A stretch of DNA of 63,974 nt, the filler included, from Craspedostauros australis (taxonomy: Eukaryota): the NCBI GenBank assembly GCA_030167865.1. It is 11 parts of 11 records of this genome, joined end to end, with 100 filler letters (N's around TTAATTAATTAA, not from the genome) between each part and the next. Parts side by side here need not be neighbours in the genome. Positions count along the whole stretch, not along the records: positions 1 to 13,954 come from JALAGF010004236.1; 10 more parts are not named here. One strand, 5' to 3'. The translations under genes and the position numbers were made by a program. This document shows, piece after piece, positions 1 to 10,788 of this stretch. The notes under the pieces were generated by a model. That model worked only from the letters and a program-made list of their open reading frames with translations, had not been told where the DNA came from and searched no databases. Numbering within the stretch: position 1 is the first letter of the stretch; every line of letters begins with the position of its first letter.

Positions 1-2080
1 CTCTCTCTCTCGTGGATGACGCGAGGTGCCGAAGACATAGTCATCATACCCTCCAGAGAGTCATCATACCATGCAATACTCCGTTGTCCGCTGCGAGTTC
101 TCAGTTCTCTCTCTGTGTTGGTACACATCGACATGGCTTCTTGTACCCCACCCAAGTCGGACATATCTCGGCTTCGTCGATGTCAGATGCGAGAAGCGGG
201 GAGAAGGGAGGCGAAAAGGGAGGAGAAAGAGGAAGATGAGAAGGAGGAAGGGGAGAAAGAAGTGTGCTCGTGAGATTGGATTTAGATTAGATTGGACTTG
301 GAAGAGATTTGGACGAGACTTGGAGAAGAGGAGAGCAAAGTACCTCTCTGTGGCATGACGAAGCAACACATTGCGCCCCAATGGATGCACAGCGTTGCCG
401 ATGAAAGCTTGTACGCCGTCATGGTGGCACATCCTTTGCTTTGATGCTTGCTTTGGTGTTTGCTTTCGTCTTTCTTCCTCTCTTTGGGAAAGCCATTGTG
501 CATCAAATCTCCGATTTGAGTCACCTCATCCGAAAGGAAAACGACAATACTCGTGGTTCGTATCACAGGTTGGATGAAAGTTGTGCAAAGGCCACAAATG
601 AACCATTGGCCATCGATATTTCTGGACGTGAAGAGTGGAGGTGTTTTCTCATACTCCACGTGTACGAGTTGCTCGTATGTAGTATTATATCATAGTATAC
701 GTGTGTATCGTTGTATAGTATGTCACTTCTCGTGTTCACAACTTCAAAGGAGTGACCCTAATCACAACCAACCCCATCAACGGATCATCGATTGCATCAG
801 GGTCCAGTACCCGGAAGCGCATGAGGCTTATCGGAGGGTGAGCCAATCCATCAACTCACCATCCGCAACCAAGATGTGATACCGTCATTTGAGAGTGACC
901 AGGACGAAACCGATGTTGAGATTTATCGGCATGAACCGTCGCGAGGTGTCATTCCGACCCAACAAATGGCGAAGCAATCAACGGAAGGGGAATGGAGGAG
1001 CGTTCCAATCCAAACAAGAGAAAGGAAGGATGGATGGAAGGAGGTCATTCAATCCAAAAACAGAACATCGATCGAACACAACGAAACAAAGATGACATTC
1101 GCAATGTGGTACCAAACCACACCATACCATAGTCGTACCATAGTCGTACTATACCATGCCTCTCGAATCGCAAATGGTTCCATTCATTTCTCGATACGAG
1201 CAGGTCGTACTTGCTGCTCCTTCCACTCTACGTTCTGTTCTCTGCTCTGGTTGTCTCCATGCCTCTTCAATAGTTGTATGTTGCTATTTCTACCTCGTAC
1301 TATACTTGTGATGCCGATGGTCATTTCCAATATTGGCCCAACATGAAGCCCGAAAGGAACCGACCTTCTGCCAGCGATATCTACGTTCCATGTTCTTCGC
1401 ATCAGATAATGACCGGTCAACTTCAGATGCTTAATGGGAGAGCTCTGCCCCAGCATCTATCAATACATATCTACAACCAGCTTGCGGTTGCCATGTCGAT
1501 GACCGCCCCAACACTCTCAGGCTGTTGTCTCCAACCGTCGAGTGAAGTCGAAGTGGAGCTGAAGTGAAGGCAATGCGAGCCGAGATCTCCAAGTGCTCGT
1601 GTGCTTTCAAATGTCACCATCTGGAGGTGCTGGACGGACGGATCAAGCTGATGATGTGGATTAGAATACCACGGAGTGTTCGTAAAGTAGAGTCGAGTTG
1701 AGTCGAAGAGGAGCCGGATTGCCAGAGGCCGACAAGTCCAGCATGGGATCGTATTCCATACCCGTCTTCCGAGGACAAGTTGGGTGTTGCACCGAACCTT
1801 GGTTCCGGAGCGGCTTGGATAGAATGGTTGTGTATTCGCATGGTACTCCTGTTGGAGTACTATCCTTGCAGAGGAGTTGAATTGACCTTGGTGTGCGTAC
1901 CAACTTCAACTCCAACGTCAATGCTAACGTCAACGACATCGAAAGCGAGCAAGTCCATTCATAGGTATCCGTTCATACATGCCGTGGGAAGGAGGAGTGG
2001 GTCAAATCTCTCTTTGAGATGGTAGAATGGATCGTGCCACCGCAAAAGGGGGTTGATTTGGGGGACTCTATGCTTCGAAC
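1..2080. repeat. Segment duplicated at 14055-~16150 (alternative haplotype or paralogue)
   Basis: Same start (ctctctctctcgtggatgacg). Appears identical at offset 14054 for about the first 810 bp (ORF translations identical), then increasingly diverged with SNPs and indels. Confidence 0.9.
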
Positions 2081-4035
2081 ACAGAATTGGCCAAGCCACG
2101 AATGAGCCTAGTCGGATCCGTTTTGTGTCTTGGCCACCACTCGATGGGCGCCTGTTTCATTCGTAGCGTGCACTCAGTCTCATGATGAATTCATTGATTT
2201 GTTTGGACCATTGTACTGAACGGTTGGTTTGCTTGGTAAGTCATCGAAGCTTGTTGACAATATGCAATTAATCCGCAAGGGCATGCGATCGTTGCAGTCC
2301 ATAACATTAAGATCGGTAGCGCAATTGCGTTCGAGTCAATGCGAGGACATACTCAATGCTGGATGTGGTGTGAAATCCAGGATCTGTGAGAGGCAACAAC
2401 CCACTTTGCATCCTGCGGTAGATGTAGTTCGGTACAGAACTGGGTTCTGTAATGATTCATTTGCGGTTCATCTGTATGAGGCAGGTTAGATGAAGACTCG
2501 GCGATGCGCAGATGCAGAAATACACCGTTGACGTAGTGGAGGGCTATTTGCGGTTGCCCGATCGCTCGAAGTATGCTTCGTAACCATTCCGCAAAGCAGC
2601 CAAGTCCGTGGCCAGAAAGGCGAGTTGAGCGGTTGCCCAGGACAGTAGTCGTACGCTGGTGAGGAGGGATGGTGCCGCAGAATCTTCACTCTTGTCGGCA
2701 TCATCCACAGAGGATGAATCGGCGGTTTCCTTGTTCGAGATAGTCTTGTTCTTCTTGGCCTTTCGTAGGCAATGCCTGGGAAGATCAGCCATGCTCGGTC
2801 CGACGCTCCCTGCAACGACGCATCTACCATTGCAATGAAGGATAGCATCGTCCATGTTGGGGCGCGAGGCGAAGTGGGTTTCGAACTATCCATGTCACGG
2901 ACGAGATTGCAGTCCATGCGCCACATCCTCGTTGGCGTACAGGATTTCTGGAATGACGAAGTCGGAGCAAATCGGTCCTGGTTATCCGGTACCGACACAC
3001 CGAGACTCTACATGAGTATGGAAATAGTACCAGTGCCCAACTTGTACGTGGAGAGCGACCGCTGCACTCGCTCGTTGCGATGTTGGCGAGGTTCCTGTGG
3101 CCCCAAAGACACACCATGTCTCGGCGGAGTAGACGGACATCCTGGTTTGTTTTCGCAGGCGTGGGCTGGTGCTGCCGACGGACTCATCTCTTTTCCCCCA
3201 TCTGTTGGCAAAGATCGTGTCCCTGTGCCACGCCTGTGCGTTTTTTTTTTTTGCGTCCTGCGCTGACCACGCCGGCCTTGCTGGATTCCGCTCCAGCCTC
3301 TTGCGAAGGTGGATATCATCTGTCCATCGTCACCGCTCGTCGAGCGCTGGGGGGATGTGTGACATGGAATGCTTCCCCGTACTCCCGAAGTTGTGTTGCC
3401 TCCAAGTGATCTCATTGCCATGGGAGGGGTGGCTCGCACGGGCATGCACAACACGGAGATTTGCGCTTCCAATCATCATCGTCCTCGATTGATGGGCACG
3501 ATGAGTGAACAGAACCATGTGCACGACTGGTTTCACGGCAGGCCAATCGTGTCGCCAACGAGTCGCAGGGTCTGGCATTCGCCCGTATCGAAGATTCTCC
3601 CTTTTGGTTGGCTGTCATCTCTCCAATACAAGTCGATCTAGTCAAAAGAAGAGGAACGCCAACACATGTCAGATTCGAGAAACTGACGGTGGACAGACGT
3701 TGGCGCCAGAATGAAGGAACAACAATGCGAAGTTTTTCTGCGTATCGCTTCGTGCGTTGTTTTTGCACACATCAATGACGACAACACGTGCGCGAAAGGT
3801 TCGATGGTTCAGCACAAGATGCGGAAGATTCGTCCTTGGGGGTCATCATGGTGACAAAAGATCGCACCTGTCGCATTGCATGCTTCATCGAGTGAAACCG
3901 GCCAACCGCAGCTGGTGCTTCTCATCAACCGATTCGACATTTCTTGATCCGTCCACGACACGGTGAGAGATCAATGCTTTGCGACCACTCATTCTCTCCA
4001 GAGTCCGACGCGAACGCAAAACAAAACCCATCACG

Positions 4036-5820
4036 ATGTCTTCCGCGAAGCAAGCAACAAAGCTACTGCTGCGCCGATCGCGTTTGTTGGATGCAGCTCG
4101 CGGGTTCGTCGGAGACTCGGTGACCGGGGGCGCCACGAAGACAGCACCGTCGCAGGATCAGCGTCCGCTCAAGACCTTCCCGCTGTACCAAAGCCATGTC
4201 CACGCCATCTCCTCCGTTCCGAATCAACCGGCGTCACCGTCGGACTTCCACTCATCGCTGTGCGATATGATTCGTGGTGCGAAACGGAGAGTGTACTTGG
4301 CGTCGCTGTACGTGGGGCCGGCAGCGTCGTCTCACCACACCCGAGAGCAGGAGCTGCTGGATGCCTTGCAGGCCGTGTCGCGCAATGGTGATGGTGATGG
4401 TGACGACAATACGCGCAGCGCCAACAATAACAACGAAAGCATGCCATCACCCAACAACAAGCCGATTGACGTGAAGGTCTTGCTGGACAAGAACCGAGCA
4501 TTGCGGCCTGTGCCTTTGAATGCAGACAAGACGGAGCACACGTCGTCGGCCCAAGCAGTGGCAGAGGCGATACAGGCATCCTCCCAAGCAAGCCTGCACC
4601 TGTTCCAGGTGCTGCCGCCGCCACTGGAGCACGTTCTGCCAAATCCAATCGATGAGATCGCGGGCGTCTTCCACATCAAGGCGTACATCGTGGACGACGT
4701 CATGATCCTTTCCGGTGCCAACCTCAGCGAAGAATACTTCGCGGATCGGCAAGATCGGTACATGATGATCGTCAACGGTGGCTCTGGCCTGGTGGACTTT
4801 TATGCCCAGCTGGTGGAGCTGCTGTGCGATCATGCGGAAGCGTACGATACCGTGGAGGGGACAACGATTCAGAAATCCTATGATTCAAAGGCCAACGAAG
4901 AATTTGTGCGCAAGATAACAGATTTATTCATCGACGATAATTCAGCATCTTCGGAGGATTTGTTATCGTTTGGTGGTGGTGGAACACAAGAACAAGGCAC
5001 GGAGGAAGCTGCGCCATCCTCGCCACCATCGGAATCGCCAGTTGCTGTCGCAGTTCCAACGTTCCAGGCACCCAATTGGTTTTTGCGCGGTGCCTTCACT
5101 CGGCAACCGTTTCTGTCTGACGTGGAAGCAACAAATCGGCTATTGGAGCAGGGACTTGAGTCTGCAGACGATGAGGGCCGACCTGATGAGGCAGTTGGTG
5201 CTGCCGTTTGCATCTCCAGTGCGTACTTGAATCCGACGCAACCGCTCGTCGATCGGCTGCGGCGGTATGCATCAGTCGAATTCCTGAGCGCGGGCCATGT
5301 ATCGCATGGCTTCCGTCCCAAGAAGAAAGCAGGGAACAAAGGCAAGGCGTGGATCCCAACCGTGTTCGACAAGTTGGCAGATGAGGCATGCAGGCAGCTA
5401 CCACTTGCAAAGCTGTGGCATTGGGAACGTGAGGGATGGACATTCCATGCCAAGGGTCTCTGGTTGTTCCAAACACTTCAGAAGCAAGGGCAGACAAGGT
5501 ACGGAGATCTTATGGCAGCCGTCGTGGGTTCGGCAAACTTCGGCGCAAGATCTCATTACAAGGACATGGAGAGCAACTGCATCTTGATTTTCTCGCCCGA
5601 CTTTGAAGATGACGACGACGCAGCAGCAGCAGCGAAAGGCGCCTATGATGAGCAAGAGTCTCCGAGTGGGAGAGGCAGCTGGAAGGATGAGCTGGTGAAA
5701 GAGTGGGAGGGGATGAAGAGATCAGCGGCCAATGTCAAAAGCGAGACAGTATTGGAATCCTCCGCACCAATGCCACCTTACGTCCAGATGATGTATCCTT
5801 TCGTCAAGAAGTTCTTTTGA
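4036..5820 (+). CDS. PGS1: CDP-diacylglycerol--glycerol-3-phosphate 3-phosphatidyltransferase (PLD superfamily, mitochondrial type)
   Basis: Motifs RRVYLASLY, FHIKAYIVDD..ILSGANLSEEYFADRQDRY, SAYLNPT, GWTFHAKGLW and GSANFGARS. Basic N-terminal presequence from ATG 4036. Single exon. Confidence 0.9.
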   Translation: MSSAKQATKLLLRRSRLLDAARGFVGDSVTGGATKTAPSQDQRPLKTFPLYQSHVHAISSVPNQPASPSDFHSSLCDMIRGAKRRVYLASLYVGPAASSHHTREQELLDALQAVSRNGDGDGDDNTRSANNNNESMPSPNNKPIDVKVLLDKNRALRPVPLNADKTEHTSSAQAVAEAIQASSQASLHLFQVLPPPLEHVLPNPIDEIAGVFHIKAYIVDDVMILSGANLSEEYFADRQDRYMMIVNGGSGLVDFYAQLVELLCDHAEAYDTVEGTTIQKSYDSKANEEFVRKITDLFIDDNSASSEDLLSFGGGGTQEQGTEEAAPSSPPSESPVAVAVPTFQAPNWFLRGAFTRQPFLSDVEATNRLLEQGLESADDEGRPDEAVGAAVCISSAYLNPTQPLVDRLRRYASVEFLSAGHVSHGFRPKKKAGNKGKAWIPTVFDKLADEACRQLPLAKLWHWEREGWTFHAKGLWLFQTLQKQGQTRYGDLMAAVVGSANFGARSHYKDMESNCILIFSPDFEDDDDAAAAAKGAYDEQESPSGRGSWKDELVKEWEGMKRSAANVKSETVLESSAPMPPYVQMMYPFVKKFF

Positions 5821-6098
5821 GCGGACAAGACTTTGGCAAAGATGGACTGTTGACACAACGTCAAGCGCTGCATGCATGCATGCATACGACACGTGTGGCA
5901 TGGGACATCATTTTCATTCGTAAGTTGGATAGGTCTTGACATATAACTGCCTACTGGACTCTACTCGTACGTCAGTACATTACGGATAATGATTGCAAAT
6001 GTTATGTGTTTTGCTTTTTGTAAGGAGCGTCCCCGTTCTCTTCGTATGAGCATGACATCGATGGCATCATGGCATTTCAGAATACGGCTGTCAAGAGC

Positions 6099-6625
6099 TC
6101 AGCTGGTCGATTCGTTGTTGCTGCTGTTGTCGGTAAGATTGCTGTCATGGATCTCGTGCGTGCGCTTGAAGACGCGATTGAGCATGTCCTCAAGGCGGTT
6201 GAAGGCACGGTCGACAAGACCCTTTGCATCGATCTCGTTCGGGATTACCTTGCACCAGAAAAGGAATCGAAGATGGTGCAGAAAAGGATGAAGATGGCAG
6301 CAGTACCAATGCCAGTACCAATGGCAGTACCAATGACAGCACCAACGGTAGCAGCATATATCACCTTTATTGACTCAGTGTCTTTCGGGGGGATGGATAA
6401 ACGATTGGTTTTGGAGAAGCCATGTCCAGTATCATCTTCAGTGCCATCACTGTGGGTCAGACCGACGGCACTGCCTGGCGGGCCATCTTTCGTATTGCCT
6501 CCAGCTTTGATGTCAGCTTCACCTGGGGCGCCTTCCAACTTCGTACTGTCGCGACCGGGGCAGGAAACAGAGGCTGGGCTGCTTTCGAGAACGGCACACA
6601 CGAATGCCAGGCGAATGAACTTCAT
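6099..6625 (-). CDS. Small secreted or single-pass membrane protein, frameshifted near the TM helix (possible pseudogene)
   Basis: Signal-like MKFIRLAFVCAVL and hydrophobic helix VIYAATVGAVIGTAIGTGIGTAAIFILF. Stop at 6245-6247, but a coding-like tail (KVIPNEIDAKGLVDRAFNRLEDMLNRVFKR...) continues in another frame to TGA at 6099-6101. Confidence 0.45.
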
Positions 6626-7169
6626 TGTTGGTTGTTGTATCGTTGAATTTATGGAGATGGCGTTGCTTGTTGTTGATACTGCTACTCATACTATGTGATG
6701 GGAGTGATCGCAGCGACAGTTGTCGATTCTGCTCTCCTTACTTTGCTGTGGTTGTTCTGAGGTTTTGTTGTGCTCCTGCTCAAAGAAGAAGTCAGTACTC
6801 TACAGTCTCAGCCGTAGAATAGTACGCTTACTTCGTTTCATGCTCTCTCTCTCTCTCTCTGGAGCGCTTTGTTCGATATGAGGAGTGAGACGCACAGCCA
6901 CAAACATGAACTGATTCTATCTCCCTATCTCTCTCTCTCTCTCTCTGGTGGGAGACACAAGAATATGCCATGTAAGTATATTGCACTATACTCCGCTCTA
7001 ATCGACCCTGTCTCTCTCTTCTCATAGAGAAACAGCAACACGGTCGTTGCACCTTGTTGGGTTGAGGGTACTTGACGTTGTTCATTTTCGAGCAGTCTAG
7101 TTTGAATTTGATTGATTGGTTGATGAGGGGATCGGTCCATCGCACTGCATCGCGTTGCATCATAGATGC

Positions 7170-7930
7170 GCCTGCATAGGTACCTTACGGACATGTTGTC
7201 CAACGAGTCTGGACTTGATTCACACTCCTTCATGTACTTTGATGCAATTTTGGGTGTCATTCGCGATTTCCTTGGCGGTGCTTGGACTGCCGGTTCAGCA
7301 TGCAACAATTCTCACTTCAGTGAGCTTGGATTCATCGAGCAACAACCGTGAGAGGCGACGAGTGTATCTCTTACCTTCCTTCGATTTGTTCGCTCGTTCC
7401 ATGCGTGCCGTCATGTTGATCACGCAGCCCAATCCAAACACGTTGACATTGCCAGGACTAGCGGCGGCGATCAAGGAACGCTCGCCGCTTCTTGTTTGTC
7501 TGTTTCGTCCGGAGGCGGAAACCGATCTGGACTGCTGCCCTCCGCCTTTCTCATTTTCCTCGTCCATGATGGCATTCCCATCTCGCTCTGCAAGATCTGC
7601 CTTGAGCTCTCCATTCCGACGACACGGGATGAAAATGGTCACATCGACACCGCGGTCGACCAACTCACTGCATATCCTCACCGTCCCCCACGACGTCCAT
7701 GATGATGTGCATGACAAGTAGCGTCATCTTGGAGGCGTCACATGCCTGATTGCCGGGGACCTCCTGACGGTTCAGATGATGATACGCCTTGCCTTGCTTT
7801 CCGGCGTTTCATCGTTGGATGGACGGAGGTGACGACATCGATTGGAGAGACCCGAGGCGTCGTCGGAGTCTGTCTCCACGCATTCGTCGCGAGCGGAATT
7901 GCGAGTGAGATTCTGGGCAGGTCACGGCAG
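7170..7930 (-). pseudogene. Degenerate ankyrin-like coding remnant
   Basis: Stop-interrupted frame containing GTVRICSELVDRGVDVTI and LIAAASPGNVNV..LGCVIN, which resemble ankyrin helices. Confidence 0.3.
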
Positions 7931-8931
7931 AGCACTGATACTTTACCGATACTCTGGAGTAGGTACGAATGCTTGTGATGGTGATGTCTCGCGTCGAGAA
8001 TAGCCCATAGATGTGGAGTGCAACGAGATTGACCGTTGAGTGATACAGCATTCAGCTCATGTTGCCACTACCTTGTCGTTTCATGCCATGCTATGCACAC
8101 CGTGCCATGCTGTACGACCTGTGATAATATTTTGATCGTGCGAGTTGCTCCACAACATGACAGTCCGACCGGAAGTACTCCGCGAGTGCACACTCCATGT
8201 GCTTCGAGCAACGATGGACGGAGTATCATCGTCGCTGGTGTCATCACCAGCAATGCTATCGACATCATCGTTCTCCTCGTCAATGAATGATCGTGGACGA
8301 CACGATGTTGGTGTCACGAGCTCAACGGCCAATACGTGGAGACTCACCTTAAGAATCATCGATCGTGAAAAGCCAGTCGGCACCAGTCACGTGATGTACA
8401 AGCATCGTGGACATTGACAACAACCCGCACTGCGCCACACTACCGATGCTGGCACTACCAAACCAAGGCCAACGACCTGCAAAACGAAACAGCGCAAAGC
8501 ATCATAGCACAACTCCGCTCATCTTCGTTGCAATGCAAGGCGAGGCGAGATGTGACGAGACGAAACACGGCAGAACACGACGAAAACGAAACGAAACGAA
8601 ACGAAACAGGGTAGGACAACACGATACATGACGAGACGGAACATGAGATCATGAGGGAAAGGCGTATTCTGGCAGCTCCATCCAACCATCTCTTCGAAGC
8701 TGTGTTCATAAAATGAATGAATCCTCTGCACAAATCAAACTTCTATCGCATACATACTCCATTCCTCTCATATCACATCAGCGACGACTCACATCGTCTC
8801 GTCACGTCCACACGATGTGTTTCTATTCTTCATGCATCCGCAATGTACTGTCGCGGTTTGCTTCAGCTTTCGGACATCACTTACACAATACCAACACATC
8901 ACACGTCACAGCCAACAATCATGACGCCGAC

Positions 8932-10569
8932 ATGTCCAACATCACGAAAGACAAACTCCTTCGCGCTGCCACGGACGGTAACCTGACGGTGTTGACGGAG
9001 TGGAAGAACAGCAACCCAAGAGACGATCACGGTGGCATCAAGGATGACGATGGCAATACTCTCCTGCATCGAGCATGCAGCAAAGGCCACTTGGTTTGTG
9101 TGAAGTATCTGTTGAAATCAAGCCCGACCGATATCAACATCCAATCCAACAATGGGAGCACCCCGCTTGTGTCAGCATGCTGGAATGGCCACCTGGATTG
9201 CGTGAAGTACCTGGTGGAAGCATGCAATGCTGACATATCCATCCCTGGTCACCGTGGCGCAACTGCATTCCAGTGCACTTTCCATCACGGTCATTTGGAT
9301 TGTGCGAAATATCTCGTGGACTCATGTGATGCAGACATCGATGTTCGGGACACTCGCGGCCTCACTCCACTTCAATGGGCATGCACGGGAGGTCATCTGG
9401 ACTGCATGAAGTATTTGGTGCAATCGCTCAACGTCGATGTCACTATCGTGGATAGTGTTGGCTGCACGCTGCTGCATTATGCATGCAGACGTGGCGCTTC
9501 GGATGTGGTCAAGCGCGCGGCCGAGCTACGCTCCACTCTCGTCAACCTTCGGACGTGGAATCAATGCGCTTCATTGAATGTTGAGTGCTCTGGAGGTGAC
9601 CCTTTGGAGGTCGTGAAGTACTTGGTGGACTCATGCAATGCTGATGTCAACGTCCAAGACGCTCATGGTGCCACTCCACTTTATACTGCCTGCGCATTCG
9701 GCCATTCAAACGTTGTCAAATATTTGTTGGAATCTTCCAACGCCGATGTCAATCCACGAACCGACCAAGACTTCACTCCATTTCATATTGCATGCTTATT
9801 TGGCCGTTTGGAAGTTGTGAAGTGCTTGGTGGAATCTTCCAACGGCGATGTCAGCGCACAAAACAGTGTCGGCTTCACCCCACTTCATTGTGCATGTCTT
9901 AGCAGCACGACTGATCTTGTGAAGTATCTTCTGGAATCTTCCAACACCAATGGCAATGCACAAGATAGCAACGGCCTCGCCCCACTTCATTTTGCATGCT
10001 TATTCGGCCGTTTGGAAGTTGTGAAGTGCTTGGTGGAATTCGGCAATATTGAGGTCAACATCCAAGCCAGTAATGGCGTCACCCCACTTCATTGTTCATG
10101 TGGCAAGGGTCACTTGAATGTTGTGAAGTATCTTCTGGAATCTTCCAACGCTGATATCAACGCACAAGACAATGAAGGTGTCACCTCACTTTATGCTGCA
10201 TGTGCCAGCGGTCACTTGAATGTTGTGAAGCATCTTCTGGAATCTTCCAACGCCGATGTCAATGCACGAAACAACACAAACTTCACCTCACTTCATCTTG
10301 CATGCTTAAACGGTCACTTGAATGTTGTGAAGTGTCTGGTCGAGTCTGGCAATGCTGACATCAACGCACAAAACAGTAACGGCCCCACCCCCCTTCATAT
10401 TTCATGTGCCAGCGGTCACTTGGATGTTGTCAAGTATCTGGTCGAGTCCGGCAATGCTGACATCAATGCGCTATGGCACAACAACACACCTGCGATTTTT
10501 GCTGCAGATCTTGGTCACACTGAGATCGTTGATTTCCTTGCAACTTGGCAGCAGGAGCATGGGGCGTAG
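8932..10569 (+). CDS. Ankyrin-repeat protein (about 16 repeats of 34 aa)
   Basis: Repeated GxTPLHxAC..GHLxVVKYLVES.NADxNxQ units with 102-bp periodicity. The ORF is open from 8713; the likely start is MSNITKDK at 8932. Confidence 0.93.
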   Translation: MSNITKDKLLRAATDGNLTVLTEWKNSNPRDDHGGIKDDDGNTLLHRACSKGHLVCVKYLLKSSPTDINIQSNNGSTPLVSACWNGHLDCVKYLVEACNADISIPGHRGATAFQCTFHHGHLDCAKYLVDSCDADIDVRDTRGLTPLQWACTGGHLDCMKYLVQSLNVDVTIVDSVGCTLLHYACRRGASDVVKRAAELRSTLVNLRTWNQCASLNVECSGGDPLEVVKYLVDSCNADVNVQDAHGATPLYTACAFGHSNVVKYLLESSNADVNPRTDQDFTPFHIACLFGRLEVVKCLVESSNGDVSAQNSVGFTPLHCACLSSTTDLVKYLLESSNTNGNAQDSNGLAPLHFACLFGRLEVVKCLVEFGNIEVNIQASNGVTPLHCSCGKGHLNVVKYLLESSNADINAQDNEGVTSLYAACASGHLNVVKHLLESSNADVNARNNTNFTSLHLACLNGHLNVVKCLVESGNADINAQNSNGPTPLHISCASGHLDVVKYLVESGNADINALWHNNTPAIFAADLGHTEIVDFLATWQQEHGA

Positions 10570-10788
10570 GTGCATAACACAGGCTCATCAATGATGAATA
10601 TACCTAATACCAATCAAAAGCACCACGAGGACTCTGTGTTTCACAGTTTAGTCGTAACTGTATGTATAATGCCATAGAGATGTCTGCATAGCCATCAACT
10701 GACGATACGGTCAAGTGCCAGTTTCCAATCAATCAATCAATCAACCAACCACCCAACCAATCCAGCTGGCCAAAATATCTATTGCGAC

